Virus record (IMG/VR): IMGVR_UViG_3300012953_000185
Coordinates: 1 to 26,749 of that record
Length of the DNA stretch: 26,749 nt
DNA from: a virus
Lineage: Duplodnaviria > Caudoviricetes
Strand: one strand, 5' to 3'
Position numbers and translations under genes: made by a program. The notes below the pieces were generated by a model. The model had not been told where the DNA came from and searched no databases. It worked only from the letters and a program-made list of their open reading frames with translations. The stretch's first letter is position 1. Each line of letters begins with the position of its first letter. Positions 25,669-26,749 of the stretch are shown here, in pieces.

Positions 25669-25830
25669 ATGCCAAGTAAATCAGCCAAATTAAGAAAACA
25701 GACTCGTTTGAAAAAGAACAAGGAGTTAAAGGAAAAAGGTCGTACAAGAAAACAATACCAAAAATGGTTGAAAAAACAACAAGGAGAAGGTAATGGGGTT
25801 ACTAAGTACAATCGCCAAAGGAGCAGGTAG
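25669..25830 (+). CDS. 53-aa highly basic microprotein (absent from the ORF track)
   Basis: Hand translation gives MPSKSAKLRKQTRLKKNKELKEKGRTRKQYQKWLKKQQGEGNGVTKYNRQRSR*. It fills the gap and overlaps the holin start by 38 nt. Confidence 0.65.
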   Translation: MPSKSAKLRKQTRLKKNKELKEKGRTRKQYQKWLKKQQGEGNGVTKYNRQRSR

Positions 25831-26206
25831 TTTATTAGGTGGTGATACGATTAAAGATGTAGGTAATATTATTGATGACCTACACACTTCTGGTGAAGAA
25901 AAGGCAGAGGCCAAACAGAAGATAGAAGAACTTTTAGCACAGGCTGAACAAGCAGCCCAAGCTCAAGTATCTGCACGATGGGAGGCAGATTTAAAACATG
26001 GTAGTTGGTTAAGTAAAAATATCAGACCAATTACCTTAATATTTTTGACAGCAGTGTTTGTAATACTGAGTGTATTTGACGGAAATTTGGGTGATTTTAC
26101 GATAGGAGCAGGTTATGTACCTGTATATCAAACATTACTAATGACCGTATACGCAGCATATTTCGCTGGTAGGTCAATTGAAAAAGTTAAAAAAGTAACG
26201 AAATAA
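25793..26206 (+). CDS. Holin, GTA_holin_3TM-like
   Basis: IIDDLHTSGEEK...SARWEADLKHGSWLSKNIRP + TM helices + YFAGRSIEK signature; AAGGAG SD. Confidence 0.8.
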   Translation: MGLLSTIAKGAGSLLGGDTIKDVGNIIDDLHTSGEEKAEAKQKIEELLAQAEQAAQAQVSARWEADLKHGSWLSKNIRPITLIFLTAVFVILSVFDGNLGDFTIGAGYVPVYQTLLMTVYAAYFAGRSIEKVKKVTK

Positions 26207-26218
26207 AGGAGAAGGATT

Positions 26219-26413
26219 ATGAACAGTGTATTATTAAAATTAATGGCAGACCATTTGTTTAGTGAGGAAACCAAACGAGAAGTCGTCAAAAAATTAAATG
26301 AGAATGTTGACATCCCAATTATTAGCGAATCTACTGAGGAAAAAATCATAGAAGCGTTATGGGAATCTGTTGAAGATGCTTTGAAAGAAGTTCTCTTCAA
26401 AGAAGAAAAATAA
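26219..26413 (+). CDS. Small hypothetical phage protein
   Basis: AAGGAG SD; LNENVDIPIISESTEEKI motif; 64 aa. Confidence 0.7.
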   Translation: MNSVLLKLMADHLFSEETKREVVKKLNENVDIPIISESTEEKIIEALWESVEDALKEVLFKEEK

Positions 26414-26422
26414 GGAAGTATA

Positions 26423-26746
26423 ATGGCAGAGGTAAAAAAGAAACTTGATACACCTGATATGCATATTCAGGATCAAAAACACGAAATCAATACAGAATTG
26501 ATTGGTATAATAAAATTTAGACAAAACAAAAAATGGCTAATCAGTATCGCTGTTGTATCATTGTTTTCGTTGATATTAGGACTTATGATTTACTTTATGA
26601 GCAGTGGTGTTGATGTGATGGGTGGATGGAAAGAGATTCTACTACTTATGTTAGGTGGATTTGTTGGTTCATTTGCCAAAGTAATTGACTTTTGGTTCAA
26701 CAACGCCGAAGATGATGTAAAATTATTAGAACATGCAGATGATTAA
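26423..26746 (+). CDS. Two-TM membrane protein (possibly lysis-associated)
   Basis: TMs WLISIAVVSLFSLILGLMIYFM and EILLLMLGGFVGSFAKVIDFWF; AAGGA SD; near the holin. Confidence 0.7.
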   Translation: MAEVKKKLDTPDMHIQDQKHEINTELIGIIKFRQNKKWLISIAVVSLFSLILGLMIYFMSSGVDVMGGWKEILLLMLGGFVGSFAKVIDFWFNNAEDDVKLLEHADD

Positions 26747-26749
26747 AGA

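Noticed and set aside
403-26400. Numerous minus-strand ORFs in the track (e.g. 403-849, 7276-7815, 18116-18523, 25377-25811) and 14189-14401 (+)
   Set aside because: They overlap well-supported plus-strand genes and have no recognisable motifs; they are shadow ORFs.
1-26749. CRISPR array, tRNA/rRNA, integrase/transposase, DGR (RT with TR/VR pair), intron/intein
   Set aside because: No regularly spaced repeats, cloverleafs, RT or recombinase motifs, adenine-specific repeat pairs or intein signatures were seen by eye. A dedicated scan could still find weak cases.

Overview
AT-rich, gene-dense segment with almost all genes on the + strand. It is most consistent with a large contractile-tailed (myovirus-type) phage genome. 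The centre (3.4-20.7 kb) is a T4-like baseplate/tail morphogenesis block: gp5-like hub/spike, gp25-like and gp6-like wedge proteins, PKD- and LamG-containing large proteins, and two paralogous tail proteins. Both flanks carry cell-envelope genes that are unusual for a phage. Left flank: a translationally coupled array of at least four type IV pilin-like genes (the first truncated by the window edge), a secreted protein, an exported TonB C-terminal-only protein, and a convergent 73-aa membrane protein whose leader mirrors and can pair with its terminator. Right flank: two paralogous outer-membrane beta-barrel-like proteins, a lipoprotein, an MshEN (c-di-GMP-binding)-membrane fusion, a CxxC-less exported thioredoxin fold, a Popeye-like cNMP-binding membrane protein, then a 3TM-type holin. 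The best candidate for a new system is a phage-encoded, cyclic-nucleotide-responsive host-surface remodelling or superinfection-exclusion toolkit (pilins + MshEN + TonB decoy + barrels). An ATAnTTAT motif marks the larger intergenic gaps. All family calls come from motif recognition by eye; no database searches were run.
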